Of a stretch of DNA of 64,000 nucleotides, positions 9,314-18,148 are shown in pieces (position 1 is the stretch's first letter; each line of letters begins with the position of its first letter). The translations under genes were made by a program, and so were the position numbers. The stretch comes from an uncultured Nitrososphaerota archaeon (GTDB lineage Archaea; Korarchaeota; Korarchaeia; Korarchaeales; Korarchaeaceae): positions 1 to 64,000 of the forward strand of contig CAZQNA010000008.1 of NCBI GenBank assembly GCA_964594835.1, written 5' to 3'. Under the pieces are notes generated by a model. The model did not search any database. It had not been told where the DNA came from and saw nothing but the letters and a program-made list of their open reading frames with translations.

Positions 9314-10128
9314 TCAGGTGGTCGAGGGTTCTGTGCGTCCTGCTGAAGGACTGGAGGGAGTTCTCCAGGAGTGGGTGGCTAGTCGGGACCGCCCTGGCGC
9401 TGACCGTCTACTTCGGCGTCGCCCTTCCGGCGATAATCGTGTTCGGAGCCAGGGTCTCGGGCGGCGCCGTCGTCCCAATCTCCATACCAGTCAAGCTCGG
9501 GGACGTACCCCTCGCGGCGGCCCCTGAGGGGCTGGACGAGGTGGCCAGATCCGTCTATGCGGCCTTCTCACTCATAGTCCCCCCGCTCTTCCTGGTGATC
9601 CCCTTGGCGGTGTCGACCGTGATGGCGGCGGACAGCTTCGCTGGCGAGAGGGAGAGAGGGACCATAGAGGCCCTGCTGGCCGCCCCGCTCACCGAGAGGG
9701 AGCTCTTCCTGGCCAAGGCCCTCGCGTCCCTGGCGCCGGGGGTGGCGGCTTCATGGGGCGCCTTCGCGCTCATGGCCCTGGCGACCAACCTGATGTCGGG
9801 GGACATGCTCGGCGGGTGGTGGTTCCCGCCCGGCCCGGAGTGGTACGTGGTCGTCGCCCTCGTGTCGCCGCTCTACGCGTTCCTGGCCATATCCCTGATA
9901 GTGCTCGCCTCCTCCAGGGCCAGGAGCGCGAGGGAGGCCCAGCAGGCGTCCGCAATACTGGTGGCCCCGATCCTCATGGCGGTGTTCGGACAGGTCTTAG
10001 GGGGCTTCGCGCTCGGCCTAGAGCACCTGCTGATCTCGGCCGCGATCCTGGCGGGCCTGGACGCCGGACTCGTCGCCCTCGCGCCGGGGAGGTTCTTCTC
10101 GGGGGTGAGGTACATGAGGGTCGACTGA
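9304..10128 (+). CDS. ABC-2 type exporter permease
   Basis: DSFAGERERGTIEALLAAPL..LFLAK; hydrophobic helices. Confidence 0.9.
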   Translation: MGVIRWSRVLCVLLKDWREFSRSGWLVGTALALTVYFGVALPAIIVFGARVSGGAVVPISIPVKLGDVPLAAAPEGLDEVARSVYAAFSLIVPPLFLVIPLAVSTVMAADSFAGERERGTIEALLAAPLTERELFLAKALASLAPGVAASWGAFALMALATNLMSGDMLGGWWFPPGPEWYVVVALVSPLYAFLAISLIVLASSRARSAREAQQASAILVAPILMAVFGQVLGGFALGLEHLLISAAILAGLDAGLVALAPGRFFSGVRYMRVD

Positions 10129-10280
10129 CGCTCACTTCGTAGTAGCTACTTGCGCTACGGGAACTTGGGGAGCTAAGCTTAGGGGTAGATAGGGAATGTG
10201 ATGAAAAAAATATTACGGCAGTTCCCGCATATGGCTGAAATTGATAATAAAAAAGAAGAAGGGGAGGAGCGCCTAGGCCC

Positions 10281-10355
10281 TCACTCCGGAGGGTCGGGGA
10301 TGACCGGCGGCCTAGGCGGGAGCGGCGGTGGCATCTTCTTTACTATATCCCCCAT
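10281..10355 (-). CDS. Candidate 24-aa proline-rich peptide MGDIVKKMPPPLPPRPPVIPDPPE
   Basis: AGGTGG Shine-Dalgarno 4 nt before ATG, AT-rich upstream region, TTCTTCTTTTTT terminator-like tract after the TGA. Confidence 0.5.
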   Translation of the reverse strand: MGDIVKKMPPPLPPRPPVIPDPPE

Positions 10356-10522
10356 ATTTCCACCTATATTTATCCAAATGAGCGTCGTTAATTCGTATTT
10401 TCTCTACACATTCAGCGATAGTAGACGCGACCTTCACCGCCCCTAGGCGCAGGAGCCGAGAGGAGCGGGTTCTACTTCACTCGCAATTAATTCGGAGTGG
10501 TAACTCGCCCACGGGGGCTCGG

Positions 10523-12043
10523 ATGCTGGTGAATAGAGAGGCGCTAGAGCGTGAAGTTCGTGAGGTCCAAAGAAGGCTTCAGATTAGGCCCTTTTGGGAA
10601 ATACCAGCCGACGTCTCCGCTGAGGACGAACCGATTTCTTTAGGATATAGATCAGGCGTCAGAGAGGTAGGAGGTAGGCTCATCTTCAGCGTGAGGCTTG
10701 GGCCCAGGATGAAGCAGGCCCTCAAGAGAGAGGCCTTTAGACTGTTTATCCCCCCCAAGTTTCTCCGTAAAGTTCCAGAAACCATGGACTTGGCCTGGGC
10801 CTACTCGTTGGGCAGCCTCGCGTGGTGGAGGGAAAACACTAGAGTGTTGACAGTCCCCGGCCTCCCCCTTTATGATCTGCCCTCTCTGCTTGGAATACTA
10901 CCCATCCGGCAGCGTCTAATTACCCTCAAGCAGGTCATTAATCTCTTGGCGGCCGCTCAGGAACTCGCCGCCGCGCCGAGCTTTCCCCTTTACTTCAAGG
11001 CGCTGCTGGCCAGTTTGTCCGACACGCGGCCGCACCTGAGCCGGAGGGGAATAACGATCCTCAGGATCCTTGCAAGAAACCCGGATCTGTCCGTTTCAGA
11101 CATAGCTAGGAAGACGAGTATCTCTCAGCCTACTGTTTCTCGCACGATAAAGAAGCTGAGTTCGGGGGGAATGGTCTCCGGACCTTGGCACGTTAACCTG
11201 CCAGCCCTCGGATTGGAGACGGTAGTCTGCGAGCTGCCCTCAAGGAGGATGGCCGACGCCTTTGCAAAGTCTAAGTTAACTTATTCGATAATCTGGACTG
11301 TCTCAGCTCGAACTCCGACTTACGCAATAGTCTTGGTGCCGAAGAGGCTGATGATCCCGCTGGCTGGTGGTTTGGAGGATCTAGGCATCCGCGTGGGCGT
11401 CGTTAAGATGCAGGGTTACTTCTTCCGACTGGATAAGGTTGACATCCCTGACATCGGACGCCGATTGTACGCGGCCCTCTGCTCTCCACCCAGCCTCAGA
11501 CCCGTCTCTGCGGGAAGAGTCCTAGCTCGGAAGAGATTGAGCAAGGAAGACGTTAGGCTCCTCGCGAGAATTCACAGCACCGGGAGCATCTCCGAGAAGA
11601 CTCTCGCCGGGAAGGGAATCAGGGGTGTGCGCTATAAGACGAAGAAGCTGAGGGAGATGGGCGTGATATACAGGTCATATAGTCCGACCGGTCGGTTCTT
11701 TGGGGAGCCAGCCCTGATTCACGTTGAGATAGACAGGACTGAGTTTGGTCGGGTGTTGAATTCGCTCGCCGCGATTTCCTCACCCGTGTTAGCCTACCTG
11801 GAGGGTTCACTGAGGGGCGCCTGGGGGCCCGTGTTCGTCTCACCCGAATCTGGCCTCCGAATGGCCCGGATTCTGTCCACCCTGCTTGAGGAGAGGCTCT
11901 TGGTGTTCCAACCCCTGCTGACCGGTCTGGAATCACACTGGGAGATCCCTTGGGAGTTCTGGGATGAAGAGCAACAGGAGTTTAGTTTTGGGGAAGAGCT
12001 CTCCAAGCTATTGACTTCACTATCTCTCTTATCAAATCCCTGA
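10523..12043 (+). CDS. Multi-domain winged-helix (Lrp/AsnC-like tandem) regulator
   Basis: Two HTH-like segments: ILRILARNPDLSVSDIARKTSISQPTVSRTIKKL and LSKEDVRLLARI..RYKTKKLREMGVI. Confidence 0.65.
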   Translation: MLVNREALEREVREVQRRLQIRPFWEIPADVSAEDEPISLGYRSGVREVGGRLIFSVRLGPRMKQALKREAFRLFIPPKFLRKVPETMDLAWAYSLGSLAWWRENTRVLTVPGLPLYDLPSLLGILPIRQRLITLKQVINLLAAAQELAAAPSFPLYFKALLASLSDTRPHLSRRGITILRILARNPDLSVSDIARKTSISQPTVSRTIKKLSSGGMVSGPWHVNLPALGLETVVCELPSRRMADAFAKSKLTYSIIWTVSARTPTYAIVLVPKRLMIPLAGGLEDLGIRVGVVKMQGYFFRLDKVDIPDIGRRLYAALCSPPSLRPVSAGRVLARKRLSKEDVRLLARIHSTGSISEKTLAGKGIRGVRYKTKKLREMGVIYRSYSPTGRFFGEPALIHVEIDRTEFGRVLNSLAAISSPVLAYLEGSLRGAWGPVFVSPESGLRMARILSTLLEERLLVFQPLLTGLESHWEIPWEFWDEEQQEFSFGEELSKLLTSLSLLSNP

Positions 12044-13574
12044 GGTCGTGCAGTTGAGGAAGTTCCGTTAGGACGTAAACCTCAGCCTTAGGGTACCCTC
12101 TACCACTTCTGTTCACCTCTCTGTTCCTGACGTACCCCTTTGCCACCAGCCTGTTCATGATTCCACCCCCGCTCGAGTAGAGAGAACTCTCGTCGATGTG
12201 ATTCAGCACTAGGCAAATCTCGGGCACGGATAGACTCCCTTTGAGATCGTCCCTGGACCTGAGCCTTCTGGCCAGTGACTTAACCGACGCTAAAGGAGTC
12301 TGAGAGAGGCCCAGCGCCTTTGCAGCCTCACAGATCGCCTTGGCCCTGAGATTGGGATCCTTCAACTCGCCATCGACGATCTCCTTGATGGCCAACAGGA
12401 GAACTATATCGAACTCCTCTCTATCAAGAATTGAGAATGCCACGTCGCTTGTGACTGGGAAGTCTACTCCCAAAGAGGCGAGTTTCCTGTAAAGCTGGCC
12501 CACGTCAAAGATTCTAGGCGGGAAGACGAGCCTAACGCTCTGAACACCCCTCCAGAAGAGCTCCTTCGAGTTCAGCCTCTCGGAGATCGCCTTGTAGGCG
12601 TAGGAGAAGAATCCATCTAGGCATACCCCCTCGCTCTTCGTCGTTATAGTCCCTGGAGCGAGGAAGACGAGCCCATCTGCCACTGCTTTGTTGGTCAAGA
12701 TCCTTGGGTTCTCTCCCACCAGCCTCTGAGCGAGTGCTAGATCTGCCGAATACTCCAGGCTTCTTCTCATCTTCTTGCGGGCGCGGTGGCCAGACCTGCC
12801 GGTTAGACTGGGGAAGTACGCGAAGACGCCAAACTCGCTGATGGCGAAGACATCCCCTAGCTTCCTGAGTGGGAGTTCAGTAAGCCTCCTTCTGGCGTGC
12901 TCCCGGGAAATCTCGCCGTCGACCAGGGGTGCCGTCAGTTGAAACACTACAACTTCGTCCCAATTTTCAGGAACGTGTCCTCGAACCACATTAACTATGG
13001 AGAAGATCCTGGACTCATTTCTCGCTCCGATCCTCTGCGTCTCACGTCTAATGAGGCGGCGGACGCCGCGACTGGCTGACCTCCAGAGGACGGCTAGATC
13101 ATCGAGCCCCATCCGCTTGTGGACCTCCGTTCTGACCCAAATTGACGCGAATCCCCAAGAGTAAAAACGAGTTTCAAGGATTGGAGGTTTTGCTAAGCCC
13201 AACTCTTTCCAGGGGATTTCCTTGACTTTTCTCGCCGTGGTTTTCACCCATACGTTCCCATCCACGTTCAAAACCTGTACTAGCTTGGAGAGAGGTCGCC
13301 TGATGACTCTCGGGGCTGGTTGGGCATCCTCGGGCGCAGTAGACTTGCCGGTGAAGAGGGCTCTACCAAGAGACATCACACATCGTTGGGAGAGGCCCGT
13401 ACTGGAACCCATCAGCGCACCAACCCGGCTCCTCAAGGCCGCAGCGACGCGGCACTTTTTAGTTTGGAGCCTCGTAGTTCGGTAGGCTGGGGCGCTCGGG
13501 AGAGGTAGCTTGGTAGGCTCCCAGGGCCTCGGTGCCGCGTCCCCAGCCTCTCCAACCCCATTTTCAAGATCCAC
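11982..13574 (-). CDS. Hypothetical protein with probable C-terminal winged helix (true start may be ~13412)
   Basis: Long ORF downstream of the 407/470-aa pair; C-terminal LSVPEICLVL..IMNRLVAKGYVRNREVNRSGRGYPKAEVY resembles a wHTH. Confidence 0.55.
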   Translation of the reverse strand: MDLENGVGEAGDAAPRPWEPTKLPLPSAPAYRTTRLQTKKCRVAAALRSRVGALMGSSTGLSQRCVMSLGRALFTGKSTAPEDAQPAPRVIRRPLSKLVQVLNVDGNVWVKTTARKVKEIPWKELGLAKPPILETRFYSWGFASIWVRTEVHKRMGLDDLAVLWRSASRGVRRLIRRETQRIGARNESRIFSIVNVVRGHVPENWDEVVVFQLTAPLVDGEISREHARRRLTELPLRKLGDVFAISEFGVFAYFPSLTGRSGHRARKKMRRSLEYSADLALAQRLVGENPRILTNKAVADGLVFLAPGTITTKSEGVCLDGFFSYAYKAISERLNSKELFWRGVQSVRLVFPPRIFDVGQLYRKLASLGVDFPVTSDVAFSILDREEFDIVLLLAIKEIVDGELKDPNLRAKAICEAAKALGLSQTPLASVKSLARRLRSRDDLKGSLSVPEICLVLNHIDESSLYSSGGGIMNRLVAKGYVRNREVNRSGRGYPKAEVYVLTELPQLHDLRDLIREIVKSIAWRALPQN

Positions 13575-14976
13575 CTCTCAACTTGGTCAAATAGGACGCC
13601 GGCGGGAGGATAGTCGCCCCCTTCTCTTCTGCAACCAGCCGTCCGACCGTCACCTGGAGGGTAGATCCATTGGGCCAGTACACGACGTTGGTGTAACCCC
13701 TCCCCTTCAGCGAATCGAGGGCCCACCTCAGAGCCTTCTCATGTATCCATCTGTCAGTCCCTGAGGAGAGTATGCAGGAAATCCCGAGAGGCCCGACGCC
13801 GAGCCTGAGTCCTTGATCTCGATCGCCCAGTGCCCGATAACTTGCGGCCTGATAGAGATGGGGAAAGCTAGTTAGCAAGGCGAGGGGAGTGAACACCACG
13901 ATTACCTCTCTTAAGTTCCCTTTCAGGGCTTTGTCTAGGATGTACAGGTCGATTAAGTTCATCTGCTCGGAGAACTCCGCGACGATTCCAACCTCTCCCT
14001 CCCCACTCCCCACAAGTTCTTGGATTGCCTCTACTATCCCAGAGACGGACCTCTCAATCCATCCACTTCTTTGGAGAACCTCCGACCGATCGACGCGGAG
14101 GATCCTGCCCAACAGCTGGCTCGCCACTCCGTTAGCCGGGGACCCACTCTGCCGCGAGGGCGGCCTACCCAGGACCTCCTCGATCCAGGAGATCTGAGGG
14201 TCCTGAGGGTCGTGAGCCCCTCTAATCGCGGAGATTACGGATATTAACCCACTCAACGCGATCTCTCGGTTGAGTGGCTTCATCACGCTCGTGGTAAAGT
14301 CGCCGACCGCTGAAGGGGGGCTCCGTCTGAGATTGAGCCTGAGGTAACCCAGCAGCGCTGCGATCAAGTCTCCAACGGCGACCTTCGCGTCAAACTGGGT
14401 TAGACCCGATTCATTCCAGAGGAGCCTGGCTAGCGCGGACTGGAAGGATGCCACTGTAAAGCTCACCCCGGATCTCACCGCTGGAACCATCGTGGACAGA
14501 AGTCCCGCCGGAGAGACCACGACGCTGTCGCTGGGCAGCGTCGACTCATCCACGAGGAACCCCTGCTTCAGCAGAGAGTGTAGCTCAACCCCAGCCTCAA
14601 GGTCTTCGCTCACAGGGAAGAGCATCGAGTCGGGTGAGAACAGTGAGAAGGGAGTGAGATCGAGCCATCTCAGGAATGCGAGCCTCTTCCACTCCACGAC
14701 TCCCCCCCTCTTCCTCCACGCGATCAGGTTGGTCTTCAGCGAACCGTAGCGGGCCTGCCAAGACGCCTCCACCAGCGCCCCAACGTCGCTCACATCACCT
14801 TTTCCGCTGAATGAGGCCGCAGTCATGCCGGAGGCGAACCAAAAGAATAGATCTGCGAGCTTCCAGGGTTTCGGATCAGCTCGATGTGATATCGGATCCC
14901 TAAGCCTCATCAGAAGACCAAACTCGCTCAAGGGCAAATCCGTGCTCAAGGATCTTTTCACCCCCCTCCTCCCCAC
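13564..14976 (-). CDS. Unknown protein B, paralog of 19294-20604
   Basis: Shared blocks EFSEQMNL.DLYIL, TPL.LLTS.PH, ILSSG.D, VYWPNGST.QV.VG. Confidence 0.75.
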   Translation of the reverse strand: MGRRGVKRSLSTDLPLSEFGLLMRLRDPISHRADPKPWKLADLFFWFASGMTAASFSGKGDVSDVGALVEASWQARYGSLKTNLIAWRKRGGVVEWKRLAFLRWLDLTPFSLFSPDSMLFPVSEDLEAGVELHSLLKQGFLVDESTLPSDSVVVSPAGLLSTMVPAVRSGVSFTVASFQSALARLLWNESGLTQFDAKVAVGDLIAALLGYLRLNLRRSPPSAVGDFTTSVMKPLNREIALSGLISVISAIRGAHDPQDPQISWIEEVLGRPPSRQSGSPANGVASQLLGRILRVDRSEVLQRSGWIERSVSGIVEAIQELVGSGEGEVGIVAEFSEQMNLIDLYILDKALKGNLREVIVVFTPLALLTSFPHLYQAASYRALGDRDQGLRLGVGPLGISCILSSGTDRWIHEKALRWALDSLKGRGYTNVVYWPNGSTLQVTVGRLVAEEKGATILPPASYLTKLRGGS

Positions 14977-16123
14977 ACAAAATTTTGTGGACGCCGCAGA
15001 ACAGGTTTGCCACCTTCAACTCGCTCTCCGAATCCTCCAGAGAGACCCTCCCCTTGGAAGCGAGATCTTCCACGACCTTCAGTACCAGCGGCTTCCACAG
15101 CTCTCCGATGAAAGCAAGATCAACGGCTCCGGTAGAATCTCTCCCGAGATCCCTCGCCGCCCTGGCGAAGGCCTTCAGATATGACTCCAACGGTGTACCT
15201 CCAGGTCTCTCGTCGGATCCCGGTCCGTATGCACATACCAGGACTTGACTACCCCCAACGTTCTCAAGTATCTTGTTCTTGAGCTCCATTGCGGTCTTCA
15301 CGCTCCGCCTCTCCCCAGTATGGATGAGGAAAACGCGCTTGTACTTCCTTCGTGCGATGAACTCGGAGATGGCCGGAGCCCAAAATCTCCCGATCAGTCT
15401 CGGGGCCTGTGTGATTCCCACGACGAGAAATAGGTCGGGAGGGGCATTGTTGTAAAGCGCTTTTCCACCCTCACTTGCCTGCGCGATCTCCCGTACCTCC
15501 TCTTCCAAATTTCGCAGGATCCCTGGAAGTTCCCCCCTGAATTCTTGAATCGAAGAAGGTCGGGCGAGAGTCAGCAGGAACCTCAACCTCGGCATTTCCC
15601 TCATGTCTGCCCAGGCCAGCATTCTCTCTACCACATCCACAGACTCTGCGCAGGCCGAGGTCAACACGAATATCTTCAGGAGGTTTGCCAGCTCGCCGTA
15701 CCTCTCGTCCAGCAGTTGGACGGGAAGAGGCTGATCAAGCGCCGATCCGATGACGATTGGGGGGAGCTGAGAGCGACGGAGTCCTCCGAGCGAATTCTTG
15801 GCTTCCTGGGGAGTTGTTCTTGTAGCCAAGAGGATGAAAGGATGCCCTCCTGGGTACATTCCCAAGCTCCTGTAGGCATCCAAGACGCCTTCAGCCTTTA
15901 TCCGGGGCTTCTCCTCCACCTGGACCAACATCGGGCGAATGGCCTCCTGGCCACTCGGGCGCAGCAGTCGGGCGGGATCAAGGACTAAGAGGGCGTCTAA
16001 CTCCAGGGCCGCTCCTTGGGCCGCCGTGATATCCCTGTAGAACACGCGAAACCCCTTCTCCATATAGAGACAGGCGTTAAGTTCTCCACCCGGGACACTC
16101 CCATGCCCTCTGGGGATCTCCAT
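14900..16123 (-). CDS. Unknown protein A with CARF-like C-terminal Rossmann motifs, paralog of 18132-19334
   Basis: Shared blocks FRVFY.D.TAAQ, GE.ANLLK, KY..VFLIHT...S.KTA, CGV.KI, GFALE.VWS. Confidence 0.75.
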   Translation of the reverse strand: MEIPRGHGSVPGGELNACLYMEKGFRVFYRDITAAQGAALELDALLVLDPARLLRPSGQEAIRPMLVQVEEKPRIKAEGVLDAYRSLGMYPGGHPFILLATRTTPQEAKNSLGGLRRSQLPPIVIGSALDQPLPVQLLDERYGELANLLKIFVLTSACAESVDVVERMLAWADMREMPRLRFLLTLARPSSIQEFRGELPGILRNLEEEVREIAQASEGGKALYNNAPPDLFLVVGITQAPRLIGRFWAPAISEFIARRKYKRVFLIHTGERRSVKTAMELKNKILENVGGSQVLVCAYGPGSDERPGGTPLESYLKAFARAARDLGRDSTGAVDLAFIGELWKPLVLKVVEDLASKGRVSLEDSESELKVANLFCGVHKILCGEEGGEKILEHGFALERVWSSDEA

Positions 16124-16405
16124 CTAAAGAAGGACCGAAATTCGTATCTATTAATTGACCGGCCGGGAATTTCACGTAAAGTATCTCAGTCTGAAAAGAA
16201 TGAGTCACTCCATTAAAGCTTAGGGGGTAGATCGCACGGAAAGATGGGCGTCCTTCTGACGGAGGTGATCTTGATGCCCATGCGTGGAAAAGCGATGGTT
16301 ATTGGCACCTTAAGGAACCTTTTCCCACTTAATAAGGCTTCAATCGGGCTCGAAGTGGGCAGTAAGAAATTCAGAGGATTCAATACCTGCCGCAGAGCAA
16401 AGTGA

Positions 16406-17092
16406 TTGGGAATCTTGTTCGGGGGATGTCGATTGGTTCTTCCAGTCGAACCTCCTGGGCGAATAAGGCTAGTCGTTCTGGCTGTAGTGCCACCTCTGAG
16501 GTATCAGCTCATTTCCTCTCTAATTCAGCTTGATCTATCCTTTGTGGAGAGGATTGAACTCTTTCTGCCGCCTTCCCTCCCACCTTGGGACTCTTTGATA
16601 AGAGACTCCGCCGAAAGCCTAGCTAGGGTGATCTCACGGTTTTCTCCCGGGATGATCGTCACCAAGAATAGAATGGAGACCAAGGGATTTGAGGAGGCGG
16701 TGGAGTTCTTTTACGAGAGAATCAAATCGATGCAGAATGAAGGACTCAGCGTGGTGGCCCTCCCCTCGCAGTGGAGGTCCTTTGCCAGCTTGGCTTTGGT
16801 TTACTCTGTGTGCCTGGCGGGAGGGAAGGTGGTGACGGTGGATCCCTTTACAGGGCAGCCGACGGATATTGATTTAACGCCACTAGAGCTAAATATTGGG
16901 GAGGAAAAGCTGGCGATATTGAAGATGCTGGCTCAGGGCCTTGGGCCAAAGGAGATCGCGGCCAGACTTGGGGTGAATGCTTCTACTGTCTACAGACACA
17001 TATCCGGGCTTAAGGAAAAAGGGATGATTGATGGCTCGAGAAAAATCTCCTTACTTGGGAAAATCGTTATGAACTCACGATGGGAACGGTGA
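16406..17092 (+). CDS. Csa3-like CARF + wHTH transcriptional regulator
   Basis: N-terminal Rossmann-like pattern (FEEAVEFFYERI..VVALPSQWRSFASLALV) plus ILKMLAQGLGPKEIAARLGVNASTVYRHISGLKEKGMI; sits upstream of a cas locus. Confidence 0.65.
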   Translation: MGILFGGCRLVLPVEPPGRIRLVVLAVVPPLRYQLISSLIQLDLSFVERIELFLPPSLPPWDSLIRDSAESLARVISRFSPGMIVTKNRMETKGFEEAVEFFYERIKSMQNEGLSVVALPSQWRSFASLALVYSVCLAGGKVVTVDPFTGQPTDIDLTPLELNIGEEKLAILKMLAQGLGPKEIAARLGVNASTVYRHISGLKEKGMIDGSRKISLLGKIVMNSRWER

Positions 17093-17139
17093 TTAGTCGC
17101 TTGATGCAGGCAAGGAATTTGGTGCGGCCGATCTCCTAA

Positions 17140-17349
17140 GCAACTGAAGCCCCTGGAGTAGCCCTTTCATTTCTGAGATGGCTTCTTGAAATGGATAAGC
17201 CTAGCATGAGAAAAGTGGCCAGCAAGCTCGGGATATCTCATACTTCTGTCTACTGTGAGATCAGAAGACTGGTATCCTTAGGCCTCTTATCAGAAGATCT
17301 TTCCATAACAGACTATAGTCGTGCATATCTAGAAGCCATGCAGCTCTGA
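17140..17349 (+). pseudogene. Second wHTH domain (52-aa ORF from ATG 17191, or remnant of a Csa3-like gene)
   Basis: Own translation FLRWLLEMDKPSMRKVASKLGISHTSVYCEIRRLVSLGLLSEDLSITDYSRAYL aligns with the HTH of 16406-17092; in-frame TAA at 17137. Confidence 0.55.
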
Positions 17350-17632
17350 TGAGGAAACTTTCTTCCATTGGCTTCGACATTCGCCCTGAAGGACTCTAAT
17401 AGCCTCACTAGTAACTTCGCGCGCTGCCTGGGCCTTCATACCCATTTACCGCGCTCTTTAGCCCTCCTAAATCTCTCGCACTCAACTGATCTTGAGGGAC
17501 TTCGGGATATCCATCCCGGCTCAGAGGCTGCGGTAAGTAGCCGACCCAACGAATCGAAGAATTTCGACATATCCTTCCCTCACTGAAAAGATCGGCACAG
17601 GCTATTTTAGTGAACAGATCTAGAGCTCCCCC

Positions 17633-18148
17633 GTGGCGGATCTGCGGAAGGAGGTATTTCTCTCCTATCAGAGGGATCCGAGGCTACTGGAGGCTTGGAT
17701 CGATGAGGTGATCTCGAACCTGGGGATCTCTTTGAAGAAAGCTTCCTCTCTGGTGGAGGTGGAGGAGCGGCCTGACTCTATGACCTTGGGCTTTGGGCCC
17801 CAAGTCTTGCTGGCGCTTGCATCCATATCAGAGGGGGTCTTACGCGTGATAACGAGCCCAGAGGTCTACGGGGGGAGTATCCCGCCAGCAAGGAGCAGCC
17901 ACAGGCTGCTGAGGGCTCTGGAGGCCGAAGGACTTGTCGAGGTCAGGGTTGCTCCGATGGTCCCGGCGCCAGGGCTGCCTCACGCCGAGATAGTGCTGGG
18001 GCTCAAGAGAGTCATCAGGGGGCTAAGGGCCAAGACCCTCGACATAAGCGGGGAAACTCAGCTCGTCCCCATAGCCGCCGCGAGGTCGGGGGTGGGCGCG
18101 CTCACGTACACCTACCCGCGGGGGGGGCGATGTGGGTTCACGTTCTGA
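17633..18148 (+). CDS. Stand-alone CARF-domain protein (ring-nuclease candidate)
   Basis: TLGFGPQVL resembles CARF motif I and TLDISGETQLV motif II; no effector domain. Confidence 0.55.
   Translation: MADLRKEVFLSYQRDPRLLEAWIDEVISNLGISLKKASSLVEVEERPDSMTLGFGPQVLLALASISEGVLRVITSPEVYGGSIPPARSSHRLLRALEAEGLVEVRVAPMVPAPGLPHAEIVLGLKRVIRGLRAKTLDISGETQLVPIAAARSGVGALTYTYPRGGRCGFTF

Noticed and set aside
1855-9527. Long antisense or alternative-frame ORFs (e.g. 2007-3098, 2926-4086, 4851-5735)
   Set aside because: GC-rich shadow ORFs over well-supported genes, with no motifs
10198-10446. 82-aa plus-strand Gly-rich ORF
   Set aside because: Shadow of the minus-strand Pro-rich ORF, which has the SD and terminator
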